64,000 nucleotides of DNA from Utricularia gibba (GCA_002189035.1 CM007990.1:5766001-5830000); one strand, 5' to 3'. Numbered from the stretch's first letter, positions 1-13,073 are shown. Notes: generated by a model from the letters alone, not told the origin. Made by a program: numbers and translations.

Positions 1-906
1 AAAATAATTTTTTTTACTCATTGATGTATATGTATTCTTTTTTAATATTAAATAAACAATGTAATTTGAATTTGATTTTAGTTAAATTTAAATATAATAT
101 ATCCAAATTAGCAAAATATATTTAAATACTTCTAACAAATATATTTTAAACTTAAATCCATAAATTTTATTTAAATTTATACAAGTAAAAATTTTAAAAA
201 ACTACCAAATGCTTCTCAAAAATTTGGGATTAGTTTCGTGTGACTAAACAAAACTATTTAATCCCACGTTTATTTAACTATCCATCACTAAAACAACTCC
301 ACCTTCAAAGCTAAGCGACGTGGGGCCCACGTATGTCTTTTGGACAAAGCAACACACGTCCGTCGATATGTAATGGCCAACCGGGGAGAGGGGGAAGACT
401 GTATGTCACTATGTCTGTATCCATCGTCTTGCCTTTTCTCTTCTCAGAAACCAGGCAAATGCATCACTGCGTTTTACCTTCGTCTGTGCCGCTCCTGAAT
501 CCCGACTCACGGAGGCTTTCACCTTGTTGAAATTCAAGATGGAATGGATCCAGCGAGTTCCGAATCATCTCTTACATATCAACGTCCTCACAGCTACTTC
601 TGACCTATATCGGTCCTCCATTTTCATTTCGGAATTGGCTTGAGATGTGTCCTACCTTATGATCGGTCGCACGGTTTTGGTGGTTCGGGATACAAGAATA
701 GGCCCGGCTCCTCTTCTCCAAGTCTCCCTCCCTCTTGGCTCTGATCGTTTCTTTACAAAGTCAAACTTGATCCTCTTGCTATTAATCGTCCATGACTGAC
801 TTTAGTTGGTATCTAACTGGCTATAGCTCCCCGCTGACTTCTACCACTTTTTTTACTTCTACTCTTCTTCTTCCAGGGAGATTGTGATTGTTCCTCCCAA
901 AGAACC

Positions 907-2177
907 ATGGCGACTGATCAGTCACTCCAATCTCCGGCGGGATTGAAGAAGGTGTCACCGTTGACCCCCTTGCGGATTTGCAGGGGGTGCTCTGTTTACT
1001 GGTTTATCTTTCCACTGCCTTCATGCTCTTGTCGTACTTGGCTCCGTTTGCTGGGGTGCTCCGCCTCTTCAGCGTGCACTGGAGTAGAACATGTGCCTCC
1101 TTCGTATTCGGCCGGTGGCTGGGTCTCTGGCCGTTCTACTTCGAGAAGATCAACAAAACCAGGGTGGTCTTCTCCGGTGACAGAATTCCGGTGGAGCGGC
1201 GTGTTCTGATAATAGCGAACCATAGAACCGAGGTCGACTGGATGTACTTGTGGGATCTTGCTCTCAGGAAAGGGCGGTTGGGGGATGTGAAGTATATTCT
1301 CAAGAGAACCTTGATGAGGCTGCCCATCTTTGGATGGGCATTCCACATTCTGGAGTTCATTCCTGTTATGAGGAAATGGGAAACTGATAGATCAGTGATG
1401 AGCCGAATGCTCTCGTCGTTTTCCGATCCCCGGGATCCTCTGTGGCTCGTCGTGTTCCCTGAGGGAACGGACTATACGTAATGCCTTCCTTCTCTCAGTT
1501 TGAAAATGCTGCCTTCCTTTTCTAATGTGTGATTCTTGCTGCATTTCCAGTGAACAGAAGTGCAGCAGAAGCCAGAGATATGCTGAAGAAAATGGCTTGC
1601 CTGTACTGAAAAACCTTCTGCTTCCCAAGACTAGGGGCTTCAACTCTTGCCTGGAGATGCTGAGAGACTCATTGGATGCAGGTTCTTACTGAATCCAAAC
1701 TGTTATTCCAGTCTGCTCTGATCTCAAACGCTCCATTCAAATGCAGTTTATGATATCACCATAGCCTACAAGCATCACTGCCCTTCTTTCATGGACAACG
1801 TCTTCGGCAACAACCCCTATGAAGTGCACTTGCACATTCGACGCATCGGCGTCACCGAAATGCCTTCTTCCGAAACCAAGGTTGAATCTTGGTTGATGGA
1901 TGAGTTCATGTTGAAGGATCAGTTGCTGGATGATTTCGCCGTCAAAGGATGTTTCCCCAACCAATGGACGGAAGACGAACTTTCTACCTGGAAATGTGTG
2001 TGGAATGCTGCTCCAGTAATTGCCATCACCGGCATCTTCACTTACCTAACACTCTACGGTTCCATCTGGTTCAGAGTTTATGTAGCGTTATCATGTGCAT
2101 ACCTTGCTTCTGCAACTTACTTCAATTTCACAGTTTCTCCACTAGTTGATCTTCGACAGTTGAGGAAATCAATGTAA
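907..2177 (+). CDS. LPAT4/5: 1-acyl-sn-glycerol-3-phosphate acyltransferase, LPAT4/5 type; 3 exons (907-1477, 1551-1681, 1747-2177); apparent 1-nt deletion in the G run at 983-987
   Basis: Acyltransferase motifs [12 protein letters not shown] and VFPEGTD are present. The N-terminal [10 protein letters not shown] is in one frame and [13 protein letters not shown] continues in another. GT-AG introns of 73 and 65 nt join the exons in frame. Confidence 0.92.
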
Positions 2178-2405
2178 ATCGGAAAATGGCACCGACTGCT
2201 GAACAATGATAACACCTTCATTCACAGAGCTCCATGATCAAATCATTCTAGTTTCCAGATCAGATCCGTATCTCCGAGGAAACTGAATTCCTTCGGGATT
2301 AGGCGATACAGATACATGAACAACGCTAATCACTCTGTTTACAGGATAAAAAATAACCCTAGATTTCAATCCACTTACAATTTGCAGAACCGACGGAGTT
2401 CCAAT

Positions 2406-3484
2406 CTACGGCAAATCCGCCGCCGGATACAAGGCTTCTCGGAGGTGATTGTACCGCTTGATGTCGAAGTTGTGGACGCGCATCAGCTTCTTCTGCTTGA
2501 GCTTGAAACGATTATGGAAAAAGCCTTCGAAGGTAGGCTCCTTGGACGTCTTCAAGAAGAAGGCATAAGCTAAAAAGAAGTGAAACGACGTCGTGAAGAA
2601 GCAGATGGGCTCCATCACGTCCCACGTCAGCTCCCAAAAGGTCAGCCTCATGAAGCCCAAAGTTTGTAGAACTAAGAGGCCCAGCCCAAAATATAACTCC
2701 CTCCGGACCAGGTATTGAGCCTTCTCATCTATTTGGGCCTTAGCTCTCTCTAGATGGGCCAACTCCTCCCTCCGGGGGTCTCCCGGTAACGCCGTACACT
2801 CCTTTATTAATTTCTCCATTGATTTGGCCATCTGCAAGCAAATTCAAAACTTCATTGAATTTCTGGAAAGAATTCCTTTTTTTTTTTTTCAGGAAATAAA
2901 AGAAGCAATTAAAAAAAATCGTTTTTTTTTTTAGGAATTTGGGGGACCTGCGCTGGATGGAGGAAAACGACGCCACCTAAAACGATGACGTCTCCAGAAT
3001 CATCCAACGCCTTCACCAACTCGGGGCCGACTCCTGGGTTCCCGCTTTCGTCACCGCATATACGTACAAGCTCGGCGTACGTAACCGTGGTGGCCTGGAT
3101 ACTCCTCACCCGCCGTCGAACCCTATCCAATTGCACAAATCTCAGCAACTTCCTCGCGTCCTCCACGCCCAATCTGAATCGCACGTCGGATTCTTCCGGC
3201 TCCGTCGGCGGTTGCAGCACTTCGAGGTGGAGGCGATCGCCGCGGAAGTCAATAGATTTGAGTTTTTCTCTGAGATTTCCGCCCGGCGACAGTTTCATGA
3301 AGGAAGGCTGGCTGTTGATCGCCCGCCGCGGGAGGAATCGACGAAATATGCCAGAGCACTCCCTGCTGTCAGTCGCCTCAGCGACGAACGGCGGCCGAAA
3401 TTCATCCTTCTCCTTGATCGGAGGCACGGCATGCCGGTCGACGGCGCCAAAGTGACGCTTAGAGATTAACCTACGAAGCGCCAT
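2406..3484 (-). CDS. MCU: Mitochondrial calcium uniporter family protein (DUF607); 2 exons (3484-2948, 2831-2406)
   Basis: Transit-peptide-like start [10 protein letters not shown]; selectivity-filter motif [11 protein letters not shown] between two hydrophobic helices; canonical intron. Confidence 0.93.
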
Positions 3485-4286
3485 TTCAGGACGCAGGAGA
3501 ATCTCCTCCGACTTGGGCCGCAGTTGCGGTCAGGAGGGAATCTCTATATATACTACGAGGGAGGATATCCTGTTTTTGCTTTTTGCTTTTTCTCTTTTTT
3601 TTTTTAAATAATCGCACAAAACAAATAACTATTTTCTTTTTAAAATGGAGACATAAAAAAGGCGGCAGGGAGCGTGACGCTTATTATATGCTACGGCAGA
3701 TTCCCGTAAAATTTGTCGTGTGTGGGTGTACCATGGATGGATGGAGAAAGGAGGACATGACGTGTCATGGAGGGATTGGTGGATGATGATGGCGTGGAAG
3801 GCATGGGGGATGGGCCATACATGTTGAGGGAGGTGGATGCAATCTCAACCATGAAAACTAGGTTAAATCCAAGAAGAGGGTTAGACAAAGAAGGATCATC
3901 TTCTCCAAATTGGCTGACGCAGTCCCCATTCGTCAACTTGGGTGCCGTGGATGGATGTTTAATAGCCATCCACTCCCCTTTTCTTCTGCCTAACTCTCGC
4001 ATCTTGTGCAGTAAAGAATCAAAATGCTAATACCACACTCAATCGGAGTTCTGCTGCTTTTGGGCCGGGAGGGAAGAGGTTGCTGTGACGTTGGGCCGGA
4101 GAGGAAGACAGAGCCCAGGACCTAGTTTCTGTTTTCTGGTTCTTCTTCCCCCACAACACGAAGGTATCATCAGGTTAATCACCGGGTCGGCATCGGTGGC
4201 GAATCTGTTTTTGCTGTGCTTTGTTTCTGTTTGACAACTTGTTCAATTCGCGGCGTCCTGAATAGTCTTCTCCCGTTTGTGCATTC

Positions 4287-5420
4287 ATGGAGATGGGCCT
4301 GAGGAAATTTACGCTACCGATTGACTATGGGAGAGTTCTACGGCATATTTTGATTGGGATGAGATCTTACAGCAGTAATGCTATTCCGGGAATCAATTTG
4401 AGGAAGCTTCGACCCATGATTTTGAAGCGGATTGAGGAGCGGGCGAAGGATTACCCAATCAAAGGTATGCAGCCACTCGCCAATAAAGTCCTCGCTGCCA
4501 GGAGAACTCTCTATTGCGGCGTATCTACCCTAATCACGCATGTCCCTACCTGGGTTTGCAAGTAATTCTTCCCAATTCTCTCGTGTATTTTGGGTTCCTC
4601 CCTTTGTTGTTTGTGTTGTTTGACGGGAGATCATGCTGCTGATGATGAGATGCTCCGAGCATTTGGAGCGTGTTTGTTTACACTGGTTAATGTAGCTTTT
4701 TTTTTTTTTTTTTATAGGAATTGCCCTGAAGTGTATGTTGGTGATAATGGTCATCTGATTCGAACCTGCTCTGGTCACCGTCGTCATTACAAGAATAAGC
4801 TCCATACTTGGATTAGGGCGGGTACCAGCGATGTATTAGTCCCAGTGGAAGCTTTCCACTTGCAGAAAATGTTCCAAAAAGTTATCGAGCATAAGGAGAG
4901 ATTTAACCACGACCGAGTTCCAGCTGTTGTGGAGCTTTGTCTGCAAGCTGGGGCTGATCCTAGGAATCATCTAGAGGTTTCTCTTGAACACAGTTCTGAT
5001 CAACCAGAGGAACTGAGGGAATACGAGTTGACTACCGTGGCTAAGCAGACTTTGCGGGCATGGGAGACTCTGCGATCAGGGGTTCGCAAGTTGCTGCTTG
5101 TTCATCCCGCTAGAGTCTGTAAATATTGTTCAGAAGTTCATGTTGGCCCATCGGGGCACAAAGCTCGAACCTGTGGAGTTTTTAAGCATGATACTTGGCG
5201 TGGTAAGCATTTCTGGGCGAAGGCAGAGGTTGATGATTTGGTCCCTCCAAACATGGTTTGGTCTAGAAGGCGCCAAGATCCTCCTATACTCAACGAGGAA
5301 GGGCGGCGCTACTACGGCCATGCTCCAGCTGTGGTCGACCTCTGCAGCAAGGCCGGTGCACTGGTTCCATCCAAGTACTTTTGTAGGATGAAATTGGATG
5401 GCATCTCACAACCTGTTTGA
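4287..5420 (+). CDS. APO4: APO-domain RNA-binding protein, APO4-like (mitochondrial); 2 exons (4287-4561, 4719-5420)
   Basis: Two APO zinc motifs (CKNCPEVYVG..GH..C and CKYCSEVHVGPSGH..C) and the N-terminal LRKLRPMILKRIE segment recalled from APO4. Confidence 0.85.
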
Positions 5421-5730
5421 TTCTTTAGTGTGGAGGTTCATGCTGATGTCTTCTGCATCTAAGTCTCTGGAAGTGATACTACGTGCGGCGGAGGTTGATT
5501 TCCGGCAAGGTGTTGATAAGTTGAATTGGAATGGAATGGTTGGAATCCAAACTTGCCATTGAACACATCTCTTCTTATTTTACAATAACACATTCTGAGA
5601 AGCAAGAGCACACAAACCATGGTTATTAGTCAACACCAACTGCAAATCAAAGGGGTACTATGGCATTCGATTTGAGGCTGTTCATCTTCATTGAAAGCTT
5701 GACGGGAGATATGCATCCTCTTCATAGAAG

Positions 5731-7171
5731 TCCTGGATAACGAAAAGCAAGATGATACTGTTTTATGTGTTGTGCTCCTTTAAAAAACAGGCACTTACAG
5801 TAAGGAACGATCTTCCATCGCTGGTTGTCTCCCTTCTTCCACTCCCAGAGGACGATGGTTGTGCCGTCATGCACGCCGCCGTGGTTCTTGTCGCCGTTGA
5901 AAGCATCAACATTCAAGCGAATGTTGTTCACCATTCTGATGGCTCTGTACCCATCTCCAGTATCCCGGCTCTCCGTCCACAGAACCGATTCGTCGAGTAC
6001 ATCAGGATTATAAGGTACCAGCTGAACCTGTTCCATTTGATATTCAAAACCTCTCAATAACCAGCTTTCAGAACCAATAAAACGTAACATCATCTTGTTG
6101 TCTCCATCTTAACAGAACAATGCTACCTTCTGGTGTCACAACGGGCATAGAAATATCTACGAGAAAAAAGAAAGGAGATAATACAGGATGAGTTGCTCCA
6201 ATAGAGTGCTTCATGGCCAATCCAGTTGCTTTGTTGACTAATGCAAAACTTGGGAACCCTTCTTCATCTTTCACTTTTGTGCTGAACTTCAGATCCTTTA
6301 TCCAATGCTGAAACAAAAACATTCACTTTTCAGCTTCGAGCTCCCTTCAGAAATAGGTGCTCATATCTGATTTCACATTAACATCTACTCTGATTTGTGA
6401 TGAGCTGAACTTAGTATAAACCAGAACCATGTAGGTAACAGAGTCAGTGAAAAGTTGATAGTACAGGTACTGGATTCGAGATCTGAACAAAAAAAAAAAA
6501 AAAAAAAAGATGTGTGCCATTCAGGCAAAAACAGGAAATTGGGGCATATGGAGGAGTTGAAGCTACCTGGGAAGGGTCTGATGGATCGGATGGAGCAAGG
6601 ATGACTTTCCCTTCACGAATGGCTAACGAGTAATTCGTCTCCGCCTTGCAGTACATCTTCACTGAGGGTTTCTCCACCAATTCGTTGTTCTTCTCGTGGC
6701 TGTGGTGTCCAATTCCCGAGGGAAATTGTGGCCGGTGAAAGTGGTGGTGTGCCTCTTCAGCCGATGCAGGGGTTGTGAAGAGTAATTAGAGAATTGTGAT
6801 GGTGGAGGCTGAGGGTATGATTCAGGATGTCGACCGATGTGCGATGTATGGTACGATTGCTGCGGCGGGCGGTCGATTTCACCGTAAGACTGCGGTGGAG
6901 GCTCGGGTTCGCCGTAGCGAGAGAACTGTGGCGGTGGGGGATGCGGATATGATTCAGGATCTTGGCCGAGGTGCGACCGATTGTACGACTGCGGCGGCGG
7001 GCGGTTGATTTCGCTGTAAAACTGCGGCGGAGGCTCAGTTTCGCCGTAGAAAGGAGGAGGAGGGGCATCGTAGCGGTCGTCAAACGATGCGGGTGGAGGG
7101 TACTCTTCTTCTCCTTCCTGAAGACGGTCGTCGTGGCGACGGTGGTGGTGATGGCCATGGGGATACTCCAT
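5731..7171 (-). CDS. EULS3: Euonymus-type (EUL, ricin-B-like) lectin with a His/Pro-rich N-terminal extension; apparent 1-nt deletion near 6769-6772; stop codon split by an intron
   Basis: EUL segments KPSVKMYCKAETNYSLAIREG, HWIKDLKFSTKVKDEEGFPSFALVNKATG and VLWTES...WEWKKGDNQRWKIVPY lie in successive exons. Confidence 0.9.
6786..7049 (-). repeat. Two imperfect 132-nt (44-aa) coding repeats in the EUL N-terminal domain
   Basis: TATGATTCAGGAT recurs at 6816 and 6948. Peptide units YGETEPPPQFYSEINRPPPQSY...PESYP and YGEPEPPPQSYGEIDRPPQQSY...PESYP. Boundaries are approximate. Confidence 0.85.
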
Positions 7172-7397
7172 TTCTCCGGGAAACGGATCGGTAAACAGTC
7201 AAGCTCAGTGCTACTTTATGCCGCAACTTTTGGCGTTGTCATCTGTGGACCCAACCACGTGAACAGCATGGATAAGCTTTTCTAAGACACCCATGATCAA
7301 CCCAGATGACACCGTGAACATGTTCTACGAGTTTCCGGCGCCGACCTTATTTGTTGTACGTACACCTATATACAATCTGGAAGTAAAGATTCTTCCT

Positions 7398-9367
7398 TTA
7401 CATGATCGCGTTGAAGAGAAGCTGGGCTCCATGCTGCGGCTGCAAGGTCATCATCTGCATCGGAGCATGCACATAACCAGGAGAAACCGCAAGAGAGTAT
7501 CGCCGGAGAATCATCGCAACGATGATCTTGGCCTCCATGATGGCGAAGTTCTGACCAACGCATATCCTTGCGCCTAATCCGAAAGGGAAGAACGAAGCGA
7601 GATGCTTCCGGGGCTCCGCGAATCTCAGAGGATTGAATTCATTGACATCGTCCCCCCATATCTCAGGATCATGATGAACACCAGTCATTGCTAAGTAAAA
7701 CTGCGTCCCTGCAGGAATATCAAGGCCTCCTATAGTCACCTTCTGTGGCGCTTCTCTCATCAGTGCCACTGCTGGAGGGTAGAGACGAAGTGTCTCGTTC
7801 AGTATCATTCCAATCTGCATAGGAAGCATGCATAATGTTTCATGAATCTATCAGCATCCTGTGTAACCTAACTCTTCATGTTCTACAGATGGGGATCAAG
7901 CTAGATGGGGAATCAGATCTGATGTCGAAGAAGACAAGTTGAATATGCAGACTTACTAGTTTAAGATCAGGTAATTGTTCAGCAGTTGGATCTGCATCCT
8001 CCCACAAACAGAAAAAGCTTCATCTCTTGCTCTACTCTGCCACTCTGGATGATTTGCTAAAAGAAGAAGAACCCATGTCAACAGGTTAGCAGTCGTTTCT
8101 TTACCAGCAAAGTAAAAGGTCTTGCACTCATCAATGATCTCCTCCACACTCAGCATCTCCTCTGTGCCGTCAGTGTTTTTGTATGGCGACCTCAACAATG
8201 TAAGCAGGGATTTTCTCTCTCCGACCCCATTGCTGCTTTTCCCGATCAACTCTCCGATGGATTGACGAATTTCTGAATCCAGTTTCCATCTCATTTTGTT
8301 ATTCTTGGTAGGAAGAAACCTGTGGAAGAGGATACTAAGCATCAGGAATCAACATTACTGATCTGAGCAAGACATATGGATACTGCAAAAGGAAACGCCT
8401 TCAGATGTCATGATTTACCTGAAGCCCGGTATGTATACAGTCCGCAGAGCGAGTAAAGTAAGCCGAGCTTGCTGTTCCTGCATTTCGAATATCTGTTTTC
8501 CTTCCTCAAAACTGCTACCAAATGCAGTTCTGGAGATGATATCTGCAGAGAGCTGATGAAGTTCTCTGTGTACTTCAATCTCGAAGTCACTTCTGTTTGC
8601 CCTTTTATCCTCCCATTTGCTTAGTGAACATCTTGTGCTGGCCACAATCTCAGGAACCCAGCCCTGGTAAAAAACTCAGATCTCAGACAGCAAGATACAG
8701 AGAGCTTCATGAGAAACTTTAAGGATTGTACAGGAGACCCGTTTGTCCATATTTGAGGCAAATTCAAATCATAGAAGACGTTGACTTCTGTTAAAAAGTA
8801 TGGATTTTTTTCAAAGGGAGAATCCAAAAAAGGAAAAGAATACAGCCCAACAAGAGAAACTGACAAGAACACCTTGATTTGCTCCAAGTTGAAGGCTTGA
8901 TTAGTAATCCGGCGATGAATCGCCCATTTCTCGCCATCCAGCCCAACGAGTCCATCGCCAAACAGAGATTTGGTAGATGGGTTTAACCTAATTTTCCGAA
9001 TCTGGCTTCCGGAGTTGATCAGAATCTCCTTGATCAAATCCGGCTCTCCGACGGCTAATCTCGGGTTGGGTCCGAACCAGTAGAGGAAGTTCCTTCCGTA
9101 AACACTCGCCCACCGGTGGTAATGCGGGGCCGCCCGGTGTACAATATCGTGTGAAATACTGGAAATCGGAATCTTCTCCGCCTCCGAGAGCAGCTGTCGT
9201 CTCACCGCCGCAGAGTTACCGAAGATGGGGCGGTAGGGCGGCCCCCGCACCCCCTGCTTCTCGAAATGTCTCTGTACTGCGAGTGGAACCCAGATGAGTC
9301 TGTGCAGAAAGTAGCCGGAGAAGAAGAACAAGGGCGAAGCCAGAAGCAAGAGAAGCGTCAACTCCAT
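7398..9367 (-). CDS. Cytochrome P450, CYP72 clan (most like CYP721A); 4 exons (9367-8873, 8663-8419, 8319-7957, 7814-7398); apparent 1-nt deletion at 8001-8003
   Basis: I-helix [10 protein letters not shown]-helix NETLR, heme motif [11 protein letters not shown]-terminal membrane anchor and GPPY motif. The subfamily call is from memory only. Confidence 0.9.
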
Positions 9368-9674
9368 TCTGCGTGAGTGCCCACTGTTGCTGGCGCAGTC
9401 GGAGATAACTGGATTAGCCTCTATCCCGTTGACTTCCCGGCGAAGTTCTGTCGCATCCGGTAAGACATCCGAATGGTCCCTCCCAACTTTTCCCTTGTAG
9501 AATCGGGCCCCTACCCTACAGTCGCGCACTTATAAGTTCTCTTCTACCAGAGAAATCAAACTTGCAGAGCTGTGGGAATCTGACTTCTGCCCATGCCAAT
9601 GGTCAATGCTCAATACCACTTGCGAAAGTGATGCATGATGGAAGAGGATCGTCCTGCATGTGCGTTGTTTGGAC

Positions 9675-9740
9675 TGGGCCTAGGCGTCTGTTGGGCCTTA
9701 ATATATTTCTGAGATTGGGCCCTGAACAGCTATCAGCCCA
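9675..9740. promoter_or_regulatory. Cluster of four site II (TGGGCY) elements upstream of the P450
   Basis: TGGGCC at 9675, 9692 and 9716 and AGCCCA at 9735, about 310-370 nt upstream of the ATG at 9367. Function is not tested. Confidence 0.45.
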
Positions 9741-10158
9741 TAGATATGGTGTTTTAGATAATTTTATTTAAAATTTAAAGTTGTTTAAACAAATTGTTAT
9801 TGAATCCAAATACATATCCTTCTCAACAGAAAAAAAAAAAACCATTTAAAAAAAAATAATAAGAATTGAATTAAATTGAAATTCTTTAAAATAAATAACA
9901 ATATAATCACACTTAAACGATAATTTGTTTACAATGTCATGATCTAATTTCGTATTATATGATATTATCTGTTTTAAATATATAATCTTCATAATTTTAT
10001 ATTAATAAAAAACCTCACATAACATTATATCTTTCTACTTATTTCTTCAATAACTAGCACTACAAAAAAAAAGGTGAATATTTACATTCATACACAACGG
10101 CTATGTTATTACACAGCACGTGGCCTTTCAGAACGAAAAAACATGCTCGAATCTGAGC

Positions 10159-13073
10159 TCAGGATGAGGCCTTCCCGGCGGGCGAATCTACGAGACGCCT
10201 TTGTCTCATCGGAGTCAGAAGCCTTGCGAAGCGGAGTGGAACGTAAGCTCTAATCACAGCTCCCTTCTCGACATATTCCTGCAATAGAAGAGCGCCCGTC
10301 GGTCATGCAATGGAGGACGACGGCGGCTTTCCACCTTCACAGTCTGGGGGAGAAGTACGTACCGTTCTTTCAACCATGCCGACATGGTGGATGGTGCTTA
10401 GGAGCTCTCCCTTGTCGAATGGGATGAGGGCCTCCACCCAAACCATCGAATCCTTCAGAGAGACAGATTTGAGGTCATGCAGTGAGACGATAATGAGATG
10501 TCGCGCAGGTGTGCGGTGTTCCAAGTACCTTGAGTTTTTCCTGAACGGCGTCACAGAATTTGTCCATCCCTTCGCCGGTGAGAGCAGATATGCATACCAC
10601 GTCTGGAGTTTGATCGGCTGTGAACTTGATTGAATCAGGGTAACTTGCATTATCAACCTGTAAAGCGGCTCCGGCGAATGAAAAAACATGGTGACAGCAG
10701 AATCCCGGTGAGTGATCCAGAAAATGCGACTACCTTGTTCCAGACAACTAGTTTTGGTATGGAAGATGTATCAAGTTCGGCGAGAACTTTGTCCACGGCT
10801 TCGATCTGCTGCTCGGCCTGAGGATGGCTGATCACAAAAAACATGAAATAGTTACCGGTGTTGATGGTTTCTGGAAAGCATCAAAAACATCTACACAGCA
10901 GGTACCTAATATCCACGACATGGACGAGAAGGGATGATTCCGCAATCTCTTCGAGAGTCGCTCTAAAAGCAGCAATCTAGAAACATGATCAGTCAACACA
11001 ACACAAGGTTTGAAGTTGGATGGAGTAGGAGGCTAGATGAAGCATCCTTAATCTGAAAGGCTTGAATTTGCATACCAGTGTTGTGGGCAGCTTTTGAATA
11101 AATCCCACAGTGTCCGTTAAAAGAAAGTCCTTCCCATTCTTCATCTACAGAGCCAAGTGGCGAATTCTTGATGATTAAACCAGTGGAGTTGAGCAAAATA
11201 CACTGATTTGGAGGAGCTTATGGAGATACTACTTGCCTGCACTCTCCTTGTGGTAGGATCAAGTGTTGCAAATAGCTTGTCTTCAGCAAGAACCCCGGCT
11301 CCGGTCAATCGATTCAGAAGCGTACTCTTTCCAGCATTTGTGTACCCAACCTGTAAGATATCAACTTCTGAGAACTGACTTTTGATAATATGCAGGCTAT
11401 TGATGTAGTTACATGAAGAAAATATAGCATAAACGGAGTGCATATGCATCAGATCCAACAGGCGAAGGCTATTCCCCTACCAAAGATACAACTGGGACAG
11501 GGACAGAGGTTCTTCGGTTTCTGTATTGCCGTCTGTGTTTACGAACTGATTCTATTTCCTTCTTCAGAGCAGCAATCTGAAACACCATTCAGATTGCCGT
11601 TACAGATGAATGTTTGTAATAGCTTCATTGCGTTGGAACAACAGACATAACGAAAAAATATGCGACTAATAGATCAGGAAATGAAAAAACAATGCTAGAC
11701 ACAAACCTGGTCTCTTAGAATACGTTTATCAACTTCAATTTGTTTCTCACCCATACCCTTCACTTGTCCTCCAGCTTGACGCTCAAGATGCGTCCACATT
11801 CTTGTTAAACGGGGTAGTTGATATTCCATCTGAGCTAATGAGACCTGACATGGATTTATTCTTGTTTCTTAGCATCCAGAAATGATACCTGATGCAGAAA
11901 TGGCTTTGAACTTGGAGTGAACCTGTAAAGCAGCCTCGCGGGTGGCTGCTCGTTGATCGAAGATGTCCAGGATCAATGCAGTACGGTCACAAACACGGAC
12001 ATCTCCCCCAAAGGTCTTCTCCAAGTTCCGCAATTGCCTGTCTCCAGCAGTAAGCAAAGTCCAAAGAAAAAGGGCAACATTTTAATCAAAGCAAGCGAAA
12101 TGCAAACAAATCCAGCAACAGCATTATAGCGTCACGATATGCCTTCACAGAAAGAAGAATAGTATTGAGGACAAACCCAGGAGAAAGTTCATCATCGAAA
12201 ATGACTGTTTCAGCTCCAAGTGCATGGATCGCACTCTTAATCTCTGCCACCTTTCCTGAACCGATGTATGTTCTTGGATTGGGTGATGCAAGTCTGTAGC
12301 AAAAAGTCAACAATTGCAATCACCTTGATTTCAATCTATCCCAAGCACATATAGAGACTTGACATTCCAATGATAAAAGAAACGAAAGCAAGAATGCTCT
12401 ACATACTTTTGATAAGTGGATCCAACAACGAGCAAACCAGCTGTGTCAGCTAGCTGAGATAGTTCTGCCAGTGAGTCCTCTATCCCAAATGCAGCATTAC
12501 TTTCAGCCTTCCTCGCTACACCAACAATATAAGCTTTCTCTTCAAATACCTAAATTGAGAAGCACAGAAGCAAAAACACTGGAAGATTCAAGCTTTAGAA
12601 TTTCGATAAAAAATCCCATATAAAAAACCTGCTTAACCCCAACCAAAAACCCCAGTCAATGGCATATCAAAACACGAGAGAAAGATGGAGACCTCTCGTC
12701 CATTTCGCAGCTTGAATCGACTTTGTCGGTCAATCTCCTCTTCCCTTACTCCCTTGCCGTTGGTTTTTGTCCGAATTCGGCCCGCTTCTTCGTCCTTGAC
12801 TTCTTCAGTTACGATATCCATAAATCCGTTGATTGCTCCATCATGCTGCTCCCCTTCCGCGTCAGCGTTTAACACCGCCGGTCGCTCCGAAACGGCATCA
12901 TCAAAATTAAGAGCTCCAATTTCATTGGCTTCAACAGCCTTCAATTCGATACCTTTAGCGCGAGACGGATGATTTAAGAATCCCAAGGGTTTCAGAAAAA
13001 CAGAACCCAATCGACAATCAACATGGGCTGAGCGGAATGAAGGATTCAAGAACGACCTAAAGCACAAGCTCAT
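10159..13073 (-). CDS. HFLX: Chloroplast HflX-family GTPase, multi-exon
   Basis: G1 motif [36 protein letters not shown]4 VVWNK, C-terminal [11 protein letters not shown], and a transit-peptide-like N-terminus. Confidence 0.93.

Noticed and set aside
3691-4030. Opposite-strand ORFs of 103 and 87 aa between MCU and APO4
   Set aside because: I recognise no motifs. The position fits a divergent promoter and leader region, and ORFs of this length are expected by chance.
6489-6508. A20 run as a possible retroposed poly(A) tail
   Set aside because: It lies inside an EUL intron, where it reads as the poly-T tract on the coding strand. There is no target-site duplication or upstream SINE body.
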